Positions 1-8,343 of a stretch of 39,387 bases of DNA are shown here, piece after piece. The stretch's first letter is position 1. Each line of letters starts with the position of its first letter. Position numbers and translations under genes: made by a program. Origin of the DNA: a candidate division WOR-3 bacterium (GTDB taxonomy: Bacteria > Hydrothermota > Tepidihabitantia > Tepidihabitantales > Tepidihabitantaceae); assembly GCA_965648935.1 (NCBI GenBank), contig CBFGIY010000015.1:1-39387 (forward strand). Reading direction: 5' to 3'. Below the pieces are notes generated by a model, which made no database searches, was not told the DNA's origin, and saw nothing but the letters and a program-made list of their open reading frames with translations.

Positions 1-291
1 TCCCCCATTGGCTGCCGGGTTCGGCGCGGCGGCAGGTGCCGGGGCGAGTTGCGCTCTGAGCGAGTCGGCGACGCGCGGTTGGAGCCGGGTGGCCAGCGCG
101 CCGGCGAGTGTGCGGCAGAGGCACTCTTTGAACCGTATGGCCGGCAGCGGGCCGAGCGCGCCGGCAGGGCCGCAGTCCAGCTGCCGCGCCAGCCGCCGGG
201 CCGGGCGCCGGGAGAGGTCTCAGGCCGGCGGCGCGGACAGGCACGGCGAGAGGTCGGTTCTCGCGTTCTGGGTTCTGCCGGCGGTTGTCGG

Positions 292-1698
292 TCAGGGCAG
301 AATCTTGCCGGGGTTGAGGATGTTGTCGGGGTCGAGAGCGTGCTTGAGCCTCTGCATCAGGGCGAGTTCGCTGGGGCCGACCGCGCGGTCCATCAGCCAC
401 TTCTTCGTCGAGCCGATGCCGTGCTCGGCGGAAACCTGCCCGCCGCGCGCGAGGATGAAGTCGGCCAGTTCGCTCACGACGGCGCGTTTGGTTTCGAGGA
501 AGCTCTCGCGGTCGAGCGAGCAATCGCGGCAGAATCCGACGTGGATGTTGCCGTCGCCGATGTGGCCCCAAGGCACGATGGGCAGGCCAGATCGCCTTTC
601 CAGCACCGCGAGATACTCGATGGTCGGGGGAATCGCGCTCAGAGGCACGACGATGTCCTCGGTGGCGAGGCCGGCGTACGCTTCCTTGAGCACGTTGTGG
701 AGTTCGCGCCGGGCGTGCCAGATGCGGGTCTGGTCAGTTGGGTCACAGGCCACAAGCGGCTCGCGCGCGCCGAGGCTCATCGCCAGTTCGCCGATGCCGA
801 CCGCGTCCGCGCTCACGCGCTCGAGGCTGTTGCCGTCGAGCTCGATGAGGAGCTGCACTTCGGCGTCGGGGAAGGGCAGGTCGCTTTTCAGCACCTGGTT
901 GCAGGCGCGGATGCCCTTGCGTTCGATGAACTCGACGCAGACCGGGGTGATGCGCTCATCCGCGAGCACGCGCGCGACAAGTTCCATTCCCTGGCTCATC
1001 CGGTCAAAGGGCACGAGCAGGTCGGCCGTGGCGCGCGGCCGGGGGATGAGCTTGAGCGTGACCTCGGTGATGACCGCGATGGTGCCCTCGGTGCCCACGA
1101 GCAGGCGGCAGAGGTCGTAGCCGACCGTGTTCTTGTGGATTCTTCCGCCGTGACGGACGATGCTGCCGTCGGCGAGCACCGCCTCGATGCCGCGCAGCCA
1201 GTCGCCGGTGACGCCGTAGCGGAACGCGCGCGCGCCGCCCGCGTTCTCGGCGACGTTGCCGCCGATGGAGCAGTCTTCGAGCGAAGCCGGGTCAACCGGG
1301 TAGTACAGGCCCTGCGCGGCGCACGCGGCCTGCACCCGCGCGGTGGTGGCGCCGGGCCGGGCGCGGACAACCATGTCCGCGGCGCTGACTTCGAGCACCT
1401 CGCTCATCAGCTCGAGCGAGAGCACGACCCCGCCCCAGAGCGGGACCGAGCCGCCGGTGAGCCCGGTGCCCAGGCCGCGCGGGGTGACCGGCACGCGCGC
1501 GTCGGCGCAGAGCCGGACCACGGCGGCGACCTCGTCGGTCGACACGGCGCGCACCAGGGCCTCGGGCAGGCGCGGCTGCTGGGCGCTCTCGTCGTGCGCG
1601 TAGTCGGCGAGCTGGTCGGGTTCGGTGATGACGCGGCCGGGCGCGGTCAGTTCGCGCAGGCGGGCAAGGAAACCGGGGGTACAGGGACTGAAGCTCAC
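292..1698 (-). CDS. FAD-linked oxidase, GlcD/D-lactate dehydrogenase family
   Basis: PRGLGTGLTGG, CSIGGNVAENAGGARAFRYG, VGTEGTIAVITEVTLKL, GHIGDGNIH, SAEHGIG and DPDNILNPGK motifs; GTG start 6 nt after a -10 box. Confidence 0.9.
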   Translation of the reverse strand: MSFSPCTPGFLARLRELTAPGRVITEPDQLADYAHDESAQQPRLPEALVRAVSTDEVAAVVRLCADARVPVTPRGLGTGLTGGSVPLWGGVVLSLELMSEVLEVSAADMVVRARPGATTARVQAACAAQGLYYPVDPASLEDCSIGGNVAENAGGARAFRYGVTGDWLRGIEAVLADGSIVRHGGRIHKNTVGYDLCRLLVGTEGTIAVITEVTLKLIPRPRATADLLVPFDRMSQGMELVARVLADERITPVCVEFIERKGIRACNQVLKSDLPFPDAEVQLLIELDGNSLERVSADAVGIGELAMSLGAREPLVACDPTDQTRIWHARRELHNVLKEAYAGLATEDIVVPLSAIPPTIEYLAVLERRSGLPIVPWGHIGDGNIHVGFCRDCSLDRESFLETKRAVVSELADFILARGGQVSAEHGIGSTKKWLMDRAVGPSELALMQRLKHALDPDNILNPGKILP

Positions 1699-1704
1699 GG
1701 CATC

Positions 1705-1732
1705 AGGCTAGCGGCGTCGGCGTCGGGGTCAA
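1705..1732 (-). promoter_or_regulatory. sigma70-like promoter TTGACC-16-TAGCCT, probably leaderless, for the FAD oxidase
   Basis: Read directly; no SD between the -10 box and GTG. Confidence 0.65.
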
Positions 1733-1755
1733 TGGCGCGCCGGGCGTGGCCGCCG

Positions 1756-1793
1756 AAAAAAAGAGGCTACCCGGCCGCACCGGGCCGGGTAGC
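1756..1793 (-). terminator. Intrinsic terminator after trxA
   Basis: 11-bp stem GCTACCCGGCC/GGCCGGGTAGC followed by T7 on the minus strand. Confidence 0.85.
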
Positions 1794-1812
1794 AGAGCAG
1801 GCTGGGAGTCGG

Positions 1813-2139
1813 TCAGCTGACGATGCCGTCAAAGAGCGCGGCGACCTGGCTCTCCGGGGCGTAGCCGACGTGGCGCTTCACCTCGGCACCGTCCTTGAAC
1901 AGCACCAGCGCCGGAATGCCGTGGATGTCGTACTTGTGCGGCGTGTCCGGGCCTTCGTCGGTGTTGAACTTGCAGAACTTCACCTTGCCTTCATACTTCG
2001 CGGCGAGGCTGTCAATGACCGGGGCAAGCATCCGGCACGGGCCGCACCACGGCGCCCAGAAGTCCACCAGCACCGGGCCCTGAGCCTTGATCACTTCGGA
2101 ATCGAAAGTCGCGTCGTTTATGTGTTTGATGTCCGCCAC
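1813..2139 (-). CDS. trxA: Thioredoxin
   Basis: VLVDFWAPWCGPC active site, 108 aa, SD AGGAG. Confidence 0.95.
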   Translation of the reverse strand: MADIKHINDATFDSEVIKAQGPVLVDFWAPWCGPCRMLAPVIDSLAAKYEGKVKFCKFNTDEGPDTPHKYDIHGIPALVLFKDGAEVKRHVGYAPESQVAALFDGIVS

Positions 2140-2142
2140 GGG

Positions 2143-2427
2143 CTACACTCCTTTGGGTATCTTGCTGAGGGTCCGGTTGAGCGCCTTGACCCAGGGCTGC
2201 CTGATCCGGTAGATAACCTGGTTTCCCTTGCGTTCGAACTCGACAATCCGCACCTCACGCAGCACTGCAAGCTGCTGTGAAACCACTGGTTGCGGCAGCT
2301 TCACCGCCGCCGTCAGGGTCTTGACGTTGCAGTCGCGTTCACAGAGCAGATTGATCAGGCGCACTCGGGCCGGGTGGCCGAACGCGCGCAGAAGCCGGGT
2401 AAGATGCAGGGCACGCTTGGTATCCAT
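2143..2427 (-). CDS. ArsR/SmtB family transcriptional regulator
   Basis: FGHPARVRLI...QPVVSQQLAVLR...ERKGNQVIYRI; start moved to the second Met, which follows GGAGG. Confidence 0.88.
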   Translation of the reverse strand: MDTKRALHLTRLLRAFGHPARVRLINLLCERDCNVKTLTAAVKLPQPVVSQQLAVLREVRIVEFERKGNQVIYRIRQPWVKALNRTLSKIPKGV

Positions 2428-2477
2428 AATGTCCTCCATTTATAAGACGAGCCTTCGGCGAAAAGGATTCGGTCCGG

Positions 2478-3329
2478 CTAACGTGCTTGTACTGTAATAT
2501 TACCGTTGGTCGTGGCGAGGTCAACGGCCGACGCGCCTGTACCAATGATGCCGACGACCGAATCGGGGCGCTGGACCTCGTAGCGCACAGTGAAGCCGTG
2601 AAAGGTTATTGTCCCGCTGGTCGTGCGCGCCGTGACCCGGGCCGAAACATCGGCCGGCAGGTAAAGCGTTATCGGTGCGTTCTTTGTCTCGAGCCGCGCC
2701 GACTCGACCGGGCCGAGCCGGGCGAGTTCGCACTCGACCGGGCCGTTGCTGGTCACAGCGTCAAGCGGCCCGCGGTGGACCTGGACCTTTATCGGAGCAG
2801 AGCGGGTCGAGAGCGCGGCCGTGCCCTCGGTGTCGAGCAGGTTCACCGGGCCGCTGGCGGTCGCAACCGACAGCTCGCCGCGCGTGCGCGTGACGCTGAC
2901 CCCGGCCGAGGAGGTGGTGATGCTGACCGGCGCGCTGATGCCGGCGACCGAAACCGGGGAGAGCGTCGCGGTGATGGTCAGCGCGAGGCTTTCGGGCACG
3001 GCGAGCGCGAAGCCGCAGCCGAGGGGACGGCGGGCATCGGGCAGCCGGGCCGCGAGCTTCGCGGTCGTGCCTTCGACCGTGTCGGTCAGCTCTATTGAAC
3101 CGAGCGCGGCCCGGGCGTCGGCCCGGGTCCGGCCCCAGGCCTTGCGTGTCGCTCTGCCGGCTATCGTGTCGGCGGCCGTGCCCGTGACCGCGACCTCGCC
3201 GCTTGCGGTCGAGAGCTCGAGCGCGGTCAGGCCGGCCGCGGCACGGCTGACCGGCACCTCGTCGGTTTCGAGGAAAGTGTACAGGCACGCCGAGGCGAGC
3301 AGCAGGGCGAGCGGGAATATGCGGCGCAT
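2478..3329 (-). CDS. DUF4097-like beta-strand repeat lipoprotein
   Basis: Lipobox LASA-C; repeated T-x-S/N-G-x-V/I motifs ending LATTNGNITV. Confidence 0.75.
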   Translation of the reverse strand: MRRIFPLALLLASACLYTFLETDEVPVSRAAAGLTALELSTASGEVAVTGTAADTIAGRATRKAWGRTRADARAALGSIELTDTVEGTTAKLAARLPDARRPLGCGFALAVPESLALTITATLSPVSVAGISAPVSITTSSAGVSVTRTRGELSVATASGPVNLLDTEGTAALSTRSAPIKVQVHRGPLDAVTSNGPVECELARLGPVESARLETKNAPITLYLPADVSARVTARTTSGTITFHGFTVRYEVQRPDSVVGIIGTGASAVDLATTNGNITVQAR

Positions 3330-3339
3330 CGCATGCCTC

Positions 3340-4053
3340 CTAGCGCAGGCCGGCCGGGCTCGAGGCGACCTCGGCGGCGGGCAGGAAGAGCAGGCCGACC
3401 GAGGCGAACGGGCCGGCCAGCCTCACGTCGGGCGTGCCGGTGACGCGGCTGCCCGTGCCGGTGCGCCAGACCGGGGCGAAAGGCGAGTAGAGGTATCCGC
3501 CGCGCAGGGCGAGGCCGAAGCGGCCGGCATCGGTGCTGGCCGCGAAGCCGATCTCCAGCGCGGCCATGCCGGTCAGCTTCATTTTCGTCGCGAAGTCGAC
3601 CTGGGACTCGGGCCGGCGCAGCAGGCTGTCGAGGCTGATGCCGTCGGGCGTGGCCCGGCGCAGGTGCCAGCGCTGGTCCAGGCCGCCGAGCCCGACCATC
3701 GGCACGATCGTGATGACCCGGGCGATGCCGATGCGGTAGCCGAGCTCGCCGAACACCCCGGTCGATGCGACGCGCAGGTGGAAGCTGTCGTTGTGCGCCT
3801 CGTCGGCCGAGGTGAAGAACAGCGGCCCGACAAGGAAATTGCCGCCGACGAGCGAGCGCAGCTCCATGCCCCAGCCGAAATGGTCGGTGCGCGCGCCCGG
3901 CGCGCCGGCGCCGGCGAGCACGCGGTTGAACCCGGCAACGGGCGGGCGCCAGGCCATGGCGAACGGAATCAGCCAGCCCTCGGGCCCTTCTTCGGATGAG
4001 GCCGCGGCGGCGAGCGCGGCGAACGCAATCAGCAAACCGATGAGTTTTCGCAA
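3340..4053 (-). CDS. Putative outer-membrane beta-barrel protein
   Basis: TTG start after AAAGGAG; signal peptide LRKLIGLLIAFAALAAAA; alternating amphipathic strands (GELGYRI, ALRGGYLY, FASVGLLF). Confidence 0.6.
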   Translation of the reverse strand: MRKLIGLLIAFAALAAAASSEEGPEGWLIPFAMAWRPPVAGFNRVLAGAGAPGARTDHFGWGMELRSLVGGNFLVGPLFFTSADEAHNDSFHLRVASTGVFGELGYRIGIARVITIVPMVGLGGLDQRWHLRRATPDGISLDSLLRRPESQVDFATKMKLTGMAALEIGFAASTDAGRFGLALRGGYLYSPFAPVWRTGTGSRVTGTPDVRLAGPFASVGLLFLPAAEVASSPAGLR

Positions 4054-4070
4054 TGTCGCTCCTTTGGCCC

Positions 4071-4145
4071 AGTATAGAACAGGGCCGATGGGTGTCAACG
4101 CGGCAGGCGCGGGCGGCTTGACCGAGCGGGCGGCCGCGCTATCCT
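4071..4145. promoter_or_regulatory. Divergent promoters TTGACA-16-TATACT (minus, 4098-4071) and TTGACC-16-TATCCT (plus, 4118-4145)
   Basis: Near-consensus hexamers between divergent genes. Confidence 0.75.
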
Positions 4146-4182
4146 GCCTCAGGCAAAGCAGACCGCACCACAGGAGGACCAT

Positions 4183-5025
4183 TTGAAGAAGATACTGATT
4201 GCCCTGGCCGCGCTTGCCGTTTTCGCGGCGGCGGCCAGCGCAACGCCGCTCATCGGTCGGGCCGCGCCGGTGAGCAAGCCGCTGCAGGCTTTCGCGTGGG
4301 TGAACGGCGGGTACAACCGGCAGGCGAAGGTCTACAACTGGGAGGAATCAAGATACGTGGGGCTGGGCGAGGCTCTGCCCGTGGCGACCTATGGCGCCGA
4401 GGTGTGGGCCGCGGTCGGCCTGCCGTTCCGCAGCGAGCTGGACATCATCGTGCCGGCGTGGCGCAAGACCAGGGGCGACGCGAAGTCGAAGGGCATCGGC
4501 GATGTCACGGTGATGGCGCGGCACGGCCTGCCGATCCCCGGCGTCGTTCCGCTGAAGGCCACTCTGGCCCTGGGCGCGAACCTGCCGACTTCGGACCGGA
4601 CGTCGAACCCGGCGCTGGACGATGGCACGTTTGACTTCGGCGCCGGGCTGACCGCGCTGGCCGGCCCGTTCGGGCGGCTGGCCGGCCACGCCCGCGCCGC
4701 ATACTGGCTGAGCGGCAAGACCGACGACACGACCAGGGTCGGCAATCTGCTGGAGTATGTCGCGGTCTTGGATTTCAGCGTCACCAAGGCGATTATCCCG
4801 GAGGTTGCGCTGTCAGGCTCGATGCGCGCTCCCAAGGAGGTCAACGGCGCGACCGTGGCCAACAGCGAGGTCGTTCAGCATTACGCCTCACTGCTGCTGC
4901 TGACCAGACCGTTGCGGTTTCTCGTGGTACGGCCGAAGGTCGGCCTGCCGCTGGAGTTCGTCTCCAGGGGCGGCAGCCTGCCCGCGTTCACTCTCGGGCT
5001 GGACGTGTGGGCCAGTCTTCCGTGA
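4183..5025 (+). CDS. Outer-membrane beta-barrel, COG4313/MetA-pathway transporter-like
   Basis: TTG start after AGGAGG; signal peptide; GIGDVTV...LGANLPT...GTFDFGAGL pattern. Confidence 0.65.
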   Translation: MKKILIALAALAVFAAAASATPLIGRAAPVSKPLQAFAWVNGGYNRQAKVYNWEESRYVGLGEALPVATYGAEVWAAVGLPFRSELDIIVPAWRKTRGDAKSKGIGDVTVMARHGLPIPGVVPLKATLALGANLPTSDRTSNPALDDGTFDFGAGLTALAGPFGRLAGHARAAYWLSGKTDDTTRVGNLLEYVAVLDFSVTKAIIPEVALSGSMRAPKEVNGATVANSEVVQHYASLLLLTRPLRFLVVRPKVGLPLEFVSRGGSLPAFTLGLDVWASLP

Positions 5026-5070
5026 GCATCGCGCGCGCGGGCCGGAAGGTCAAACAGTCAGGAGGATCCG

Positions 5071-5253
5071 ATGAAGACGATGAAGAAAGGCGATGTGATG
5101 GTGTGCGGTTCGTGCGGGCTCGCAGTGACGGTGTGCGACGAATGCGGCTGCCGGACCCACGAACTTGTCTGCTGCGGGACGCCGATGGAGAGAAAGCCCG
5201 CACCGAAGAAGAAGGCGGTCAAGAAGACGGCCACAAAGCCGAAAAAGAGATAG
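5071..5253 (+). CDS. Small Cys-rich desulforedoxin-like metal-binding protein with Lys-rich tail
   Basis: SD AGGAGG; GDVMVCGSCG...CDECGC...LVCCGTPM; followed by a terminator. Confidence 0.75.
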   Translation: MKTMKKGDVMVCGSCGLAVTVCDECGCRTHELVCCGTPMERKPAPKKKAVKKTATKPKKR

Positions 5254-5270
5254 CCGTTCCGAAACGTGCG

Positions 5271-5302
5271 CGCGACCCGGCCGAGCGCCGGGTCGCGTCT
5301 TT
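5271..5302 (+). terminator. Intrinsic terminator
   Basis: Stem CGCGACCCGGC/GCCGGGTCGCG plus TCTTT. Confidence 0.7.
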
Positions 5303-5310
5303 CGGGCGGC

Positions 5311-5338
5311 TTGACCGGGCCGCGGCCGGGTCTAGACT
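5311..5338 (+). promoter_or_regulatory. Promoter TTGACC-16-TAGACT, 8 nt before ATG
   Basis: Read directly; no SD. Confidence 0.65.
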
Positions 5339-5346
5339 CAGGCGCA

Positions 5347-5766
5347 ATGGAGCCGCACGTCGCGCGAATCGTCGATGTCAACCTGAACCGGCTGACCGAG
5401 GGACTGCGCGTGGTCGAGGATATCTGCCGGCTGGCGCTGGAGGACAAACGGCTGCTCGTTTCGGTGCGCGCTTTGCGGGGCAGAGTCGGCAGGGAGATGC
5501 GGGCTTTGCGCCGAACGGTCATCGCGCACCGGTCGAGTGAGACTGACCCGGGCCGGCCCGAACGGTTCGACCGGGGCCGGCGCGCAAGCCTCGAAGACGT
5601 GCTGGCGGCCAATCTCAAGCGGTGCGAGGAGGCGGCGCGCACGCTGGAGGAAGTGCTGAAGATTGAAGAGCCGAAACTGGCGACGCGGTTGAAGGCGGCC
5701 CGGTTCCGGCTGTACGACTTGGAGAAGCGGGCGGTGCTGGCCGCGCGGCGAGGGTCGGTTGACTAG
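5347..5766 (+). CDS. Stand-alone ThiD2-family protein (N-terminal domain of long ThiE)
   Basis: RIVDVNLNRLTEGLRVVEDICR...ANLKRCEEAARTLEE...RFRLYDLEK signature. Confidence 0.8.
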   Translation: MEPHVARIVDVNLNRLTEGLRVVEDICRLALEDKRLLVSVRALRGRVGREMRALRRTVIAHRSSETDPGRPERFDRGRRASLEDVLAANLKRCEEAARTLEEVLKIEEPKLATRLKAARFRLYDLEKRAVLAARRGSVD

Positions 5767-5786
5767 GCCGGGCCCGGTTCTATACT
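5759..5786 (+). promoter_or_regulatory. recA promoter TTGACT-16-TATACT
   Basis: Near-consensus hexamers; SD GGAGG before ATG 5818. Confidence 0.75.
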
Positions 5787-5817
5787 CAGCCTGAACCAAG
5801 CGAACGGCGGAGGCATA

Positions 5818-6870
5818 ATGGCTAAAGACGAGAAAAACCAAGCGCTGGGTAACGCGCTCGGCCAGATCGAGAAGCAGTTCGGCAAGGGCTCGGTGATGCG
5901 GCTGGGCGGCGATACGGTCGTGCCGGTCGAGGCGATTCCCACCGGCTCGATCGGGCTGGACGCGATTCTGGGCATCGGCGGTGTGGCCCGGGGGCGGTTC
6001 GTGGAGATTTTCGGGCCCGAGGCGTCGGGCAAGACGACGCTGGCCCTGTCGATCATCGCCCAGTGCCAGAGGCTCGGCGGCAACGCCGCGTTCATTGACG
6101 CCGAGAACGCGCTCGACCCGACCTATGCCCGGGCGCTGGGCGTCGACCTCGACAGCCTCCTGGTTTCACAGCCCGACTCGGGCGAGCAGGCGCTGGAGAT
6201 TGCCGAGATACTGACCCGCTCGGGCGGGCTGGACCTGTTTGTCATCGACTCGGTCGCGGCGCTGGTGCCGCGCGCCGAGATCGAGGGCGAAATGGGCGAC
6301 GCTTTCGTCGGGGTGCAGGCGCGGCTGATGTCGCAGGCGTTGCGCAAGCTGTCGGGCGTGGCCAGCCGGTCCAAGACCTGCGGCATTTTCACCAACCAGC
6401 TCAGGCAGAAGATCGGCGTTATGTTCGGCAACCCCGAGACCACGACCGGGGGGCTGGCCCTGAAGTTCTACGCGACGATGCGCCTCGACGTGCGCCGCAT
6501 CGCCGCGATAAAGCGGGGCGAGGATGTCGTCGGCAACCGGACCCGGGTCAAGGTCGTCAAGAACAAGGTCGCGCCGCCGTTCCGCGAGGCCGAGTTCGAC
6601 ATCATCTACGGCCAGGGCATCTCGCGGCTGGGCGAGCTGGTCGACATCGGCGTAGAGCACGAGATATTCTCCAAGTCGGGCACCTGGTGGTCGTTCGGCG
6701 AGCTGCGCATCGGCCAGGGCCGCGATGCCGCGATCGAGTACCTGAAGGCGAACCCGGAGGCGGCGCAGAAGGCCGAGGCGATGCTGTACGACAAGCTCGG
6801 CATCCCGCGGCCGCGGCGGGCCGAGCCGCAGGATGAGGATAACCGGCCTCCGCAGCCAAAGAAGAAATAG
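5818..6870 (+). CDS. recA: Recombinase A
   Basis: GPEASGKTT Walker [44 protein letters not shown]. Confidence 0.99.
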   Translation: MAKDEKNQALGNALGQIEKQFGKGSVMRLGGDTVVPVEAIPTGSIGLDAILGIGGVARGRFVEIFGPEASGKTTLALSIIAQCQRLGGNAAFIDAENALDPTYARALGVDLDSLLVSQPDSGEQALEIAEILTRSGGLDLFVIDSVAALVPRAEIEGEMGDAFVGVQARLMSQALRKLSGVASRSKTCGIFTNQLRQKIGVMFGNPETTTGGLALKFYATMRLDVRRIAAIKRGEDVVGNRTRVKVVKNKVAPPFREAEFDIIYGQGISRLGELVDIGVEHEIFSKSGTWWSFGELRIGQGRDAAIEYLKANPEAAQKAEAMLYDKLGIPRPRRAEPQDEDNRPPQPKKK

Positions 6871-7453
6871 CCGCCGGGTTTCAGTCTACATCGACGGCGT
6901 CTTCGCTTTCTCTCTGGCGCAGGAAACGGTCCAGGCGCTCGGGCTCGCCGAGGGGATGGACGTCGAGCGTGCCGAGCTTGACCGTATCTGCCGCGAGGAC
7001 CAGCTTCACCACGCCCGCAATCACGCTTACCTGCTGCTGTCGTACAGGGCCCGGACCGCGGCCGAGCTCAGGACCCGCCTCGCGCGCAAGGGTTTCGGTC
7101 CGGAGGTCGTGCAGGCGACGCTTGACCGCCTGCGCGAGCTGGGGCTGGTCAACGACGAGCAGTTCGCCCGCCAGTTCGCCGAGGACCGGGTCAGCCTCGG
7201 ACAGAAGGGCAAGTGGCGCGTGCGGGCCGAGCTTGCCCGGCGCGGCGTTGCGCGCGAGCAGATTGAGCAGGCGATTGCCGGTGCGCCGGACGAGACCGCG
7301 GCGGCGCGTTCCGCCGCGCTGAAGTTCCGCGAGCGCAACCGGCGGCTGGAGCCGGACGTGCTCAAGCGCCGGCTGTACGGATTTCTCGCCCGGCGCGGTT
7401 TCTCGCTCGATACCATCCGGCAGGTGCTGGACGTGACCGAGGAAGACGACTGA
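6833..7453 (+). CDS. recX: RecX family regulator
   Basis: Follows rec[10 protein letters not shown]-domain, [27 protein letters not shown]. Confidence 0.92.
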   Translation: MRITGLRSQRRNSRRVSVYIDGVFAFSLAQETVQALGLAEGMDVERAELDRICREDQLHHARNHAYLLLSYRARTAAELRTRLARKGFGPEVVQATLDRLRELGLVNDEQFARQFAEDRVSLGQKGKWRVRAELARRGVAREQIEQAIAGAPDETAAARSAALKFRERNRRLEPDVLKRRLYGFLARRGFSLDTIRQVLDVTEEDD

Positions 7454-7509
7454 CCGGCGCCGGGCCGGTCAAGGACTGACCAGGCGGATTCAAACCCAGG
7501 AGGACTGAA

Positions 7510-8295
7510 TTGAAGAACGGCAGAGTCGTGATGTTGATTGCGGTGTTCGCTGCCGCGGCATCGGGGGCCTACGTGGTCGAGTGGACGGCAAGCGGGATGA
7601 ACTACGCGTACTCGACAGTGTACAGCTCGGACACGAGCGCGCGCTACGACGCCAACGGCGACGGCATACCGGACATATTCGTGACCGACAGCGCGGCATT
7701 GAGAATATACAGCGGCGTGTCGCGCAGCCTCATCTGGACCGTGCCGAGCGGCGGGTATTCGACCATCGGGTTCCCCTACATCGCCAACACCGACGGCGAC
7801 CCGGCCAAGGAGCTGGTCATCGCCGCGTACACCTACAACTATCCCAACTACGCCGGCAAGTTCTTCATCTACGACTGCGCGTCCCGCAGCCTCGAATACT
7901 CCTGCCCGCAGAAGAGCGGTTACCCGTCGCTGTCAGTTGCGGACGTGGACGGCGACGGCAAGAGCGAGATACTGCTGCTCAGCGGCGCGACCAGCCGCAC
8001 CCTCGAGGTCTATGGCTGGGACGGCGCCGACATAATGGAGGCGCCGGAGTCGCCCGCGCTCGAACGGGTGGCAGCCGCGCCGAACCCGGCGGCCGGGCAC
8101 GTGATGCTCTCACTGCCGGCATCGCCGGGCGGGCCGGTCGAGGTAGTCGACGCGGCCGGCCGTGTCGTGCGCCGGCTCGAGGCCTCGGGCAGCGTGGCCT
8201 GGGACTGCCGGGATGACGACGGAACGCCGGTGCCGGCGGGTAATTATCTGTACCGGCAGGGCGCGTTCCGCGGTCGGGTCGCGGTAGTTCGCTAG
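7510..8295 (+). CDS. Secreted FG-GAP repeat protein with FlgD-Ig/T9SS-like C-terminal domain
   Basis: TTG start after AGGAGG; signal peptide; DANGDGIPD, NTDGDPAKE and DVDGDGKSE Ca loops; PNP...VVDAAGRVVR...WDCRDDDG...AGNY. Confidence 0.8.
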   Translation: MKNGRVVMLIAVFAAAASGAYVVEWTASGMNYAYSTVYSSDTSARYDANGDGIPDIFVTDSAALRIYSGVSRSLIWTVPSGGYSTIGFPYIANTDGDPAKELVIAAYTYNYPNYAGKFFIYDCASRSLEYSCPQKSGYPSLSVADVDGDGKSEILLLSGATSRTLEVYGWDGADIMEAPESPALERVAAAPNPAAGHVMLSLPASPGGPVEVVDAAGRVVRRLEASGSVAWDCRDDDGTPVPAGNYLYRQGAFRGRVAVVR

Positions 8296-8306
8296 AGCTG
8301 TGGCGG

Positions 8307-8334
8307 TTGCGCGGCCTTCGATAGCGGCTAGAAT
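8307..8334 (+). promoter_or_regulatory. alaS promoter TTGCGC-16-TAGAAT, 9 nt before ATG
   Basis: Read directly; no SD. Confidence 0.6.
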
Positions 8335-8343
8335 GCTGCCGTT

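Noticed and set aside
1..291. Possible CDS fragment at the left edge
   Set aside because: The frames I translated gave no recognisable protein and there is too little context
8..2280. Long plus-strand ORFs 8..1120 and 49..2280
   Set aside because: Antisense shadows of the FAD oxidase, trxA and arsR in GC-rich DNA
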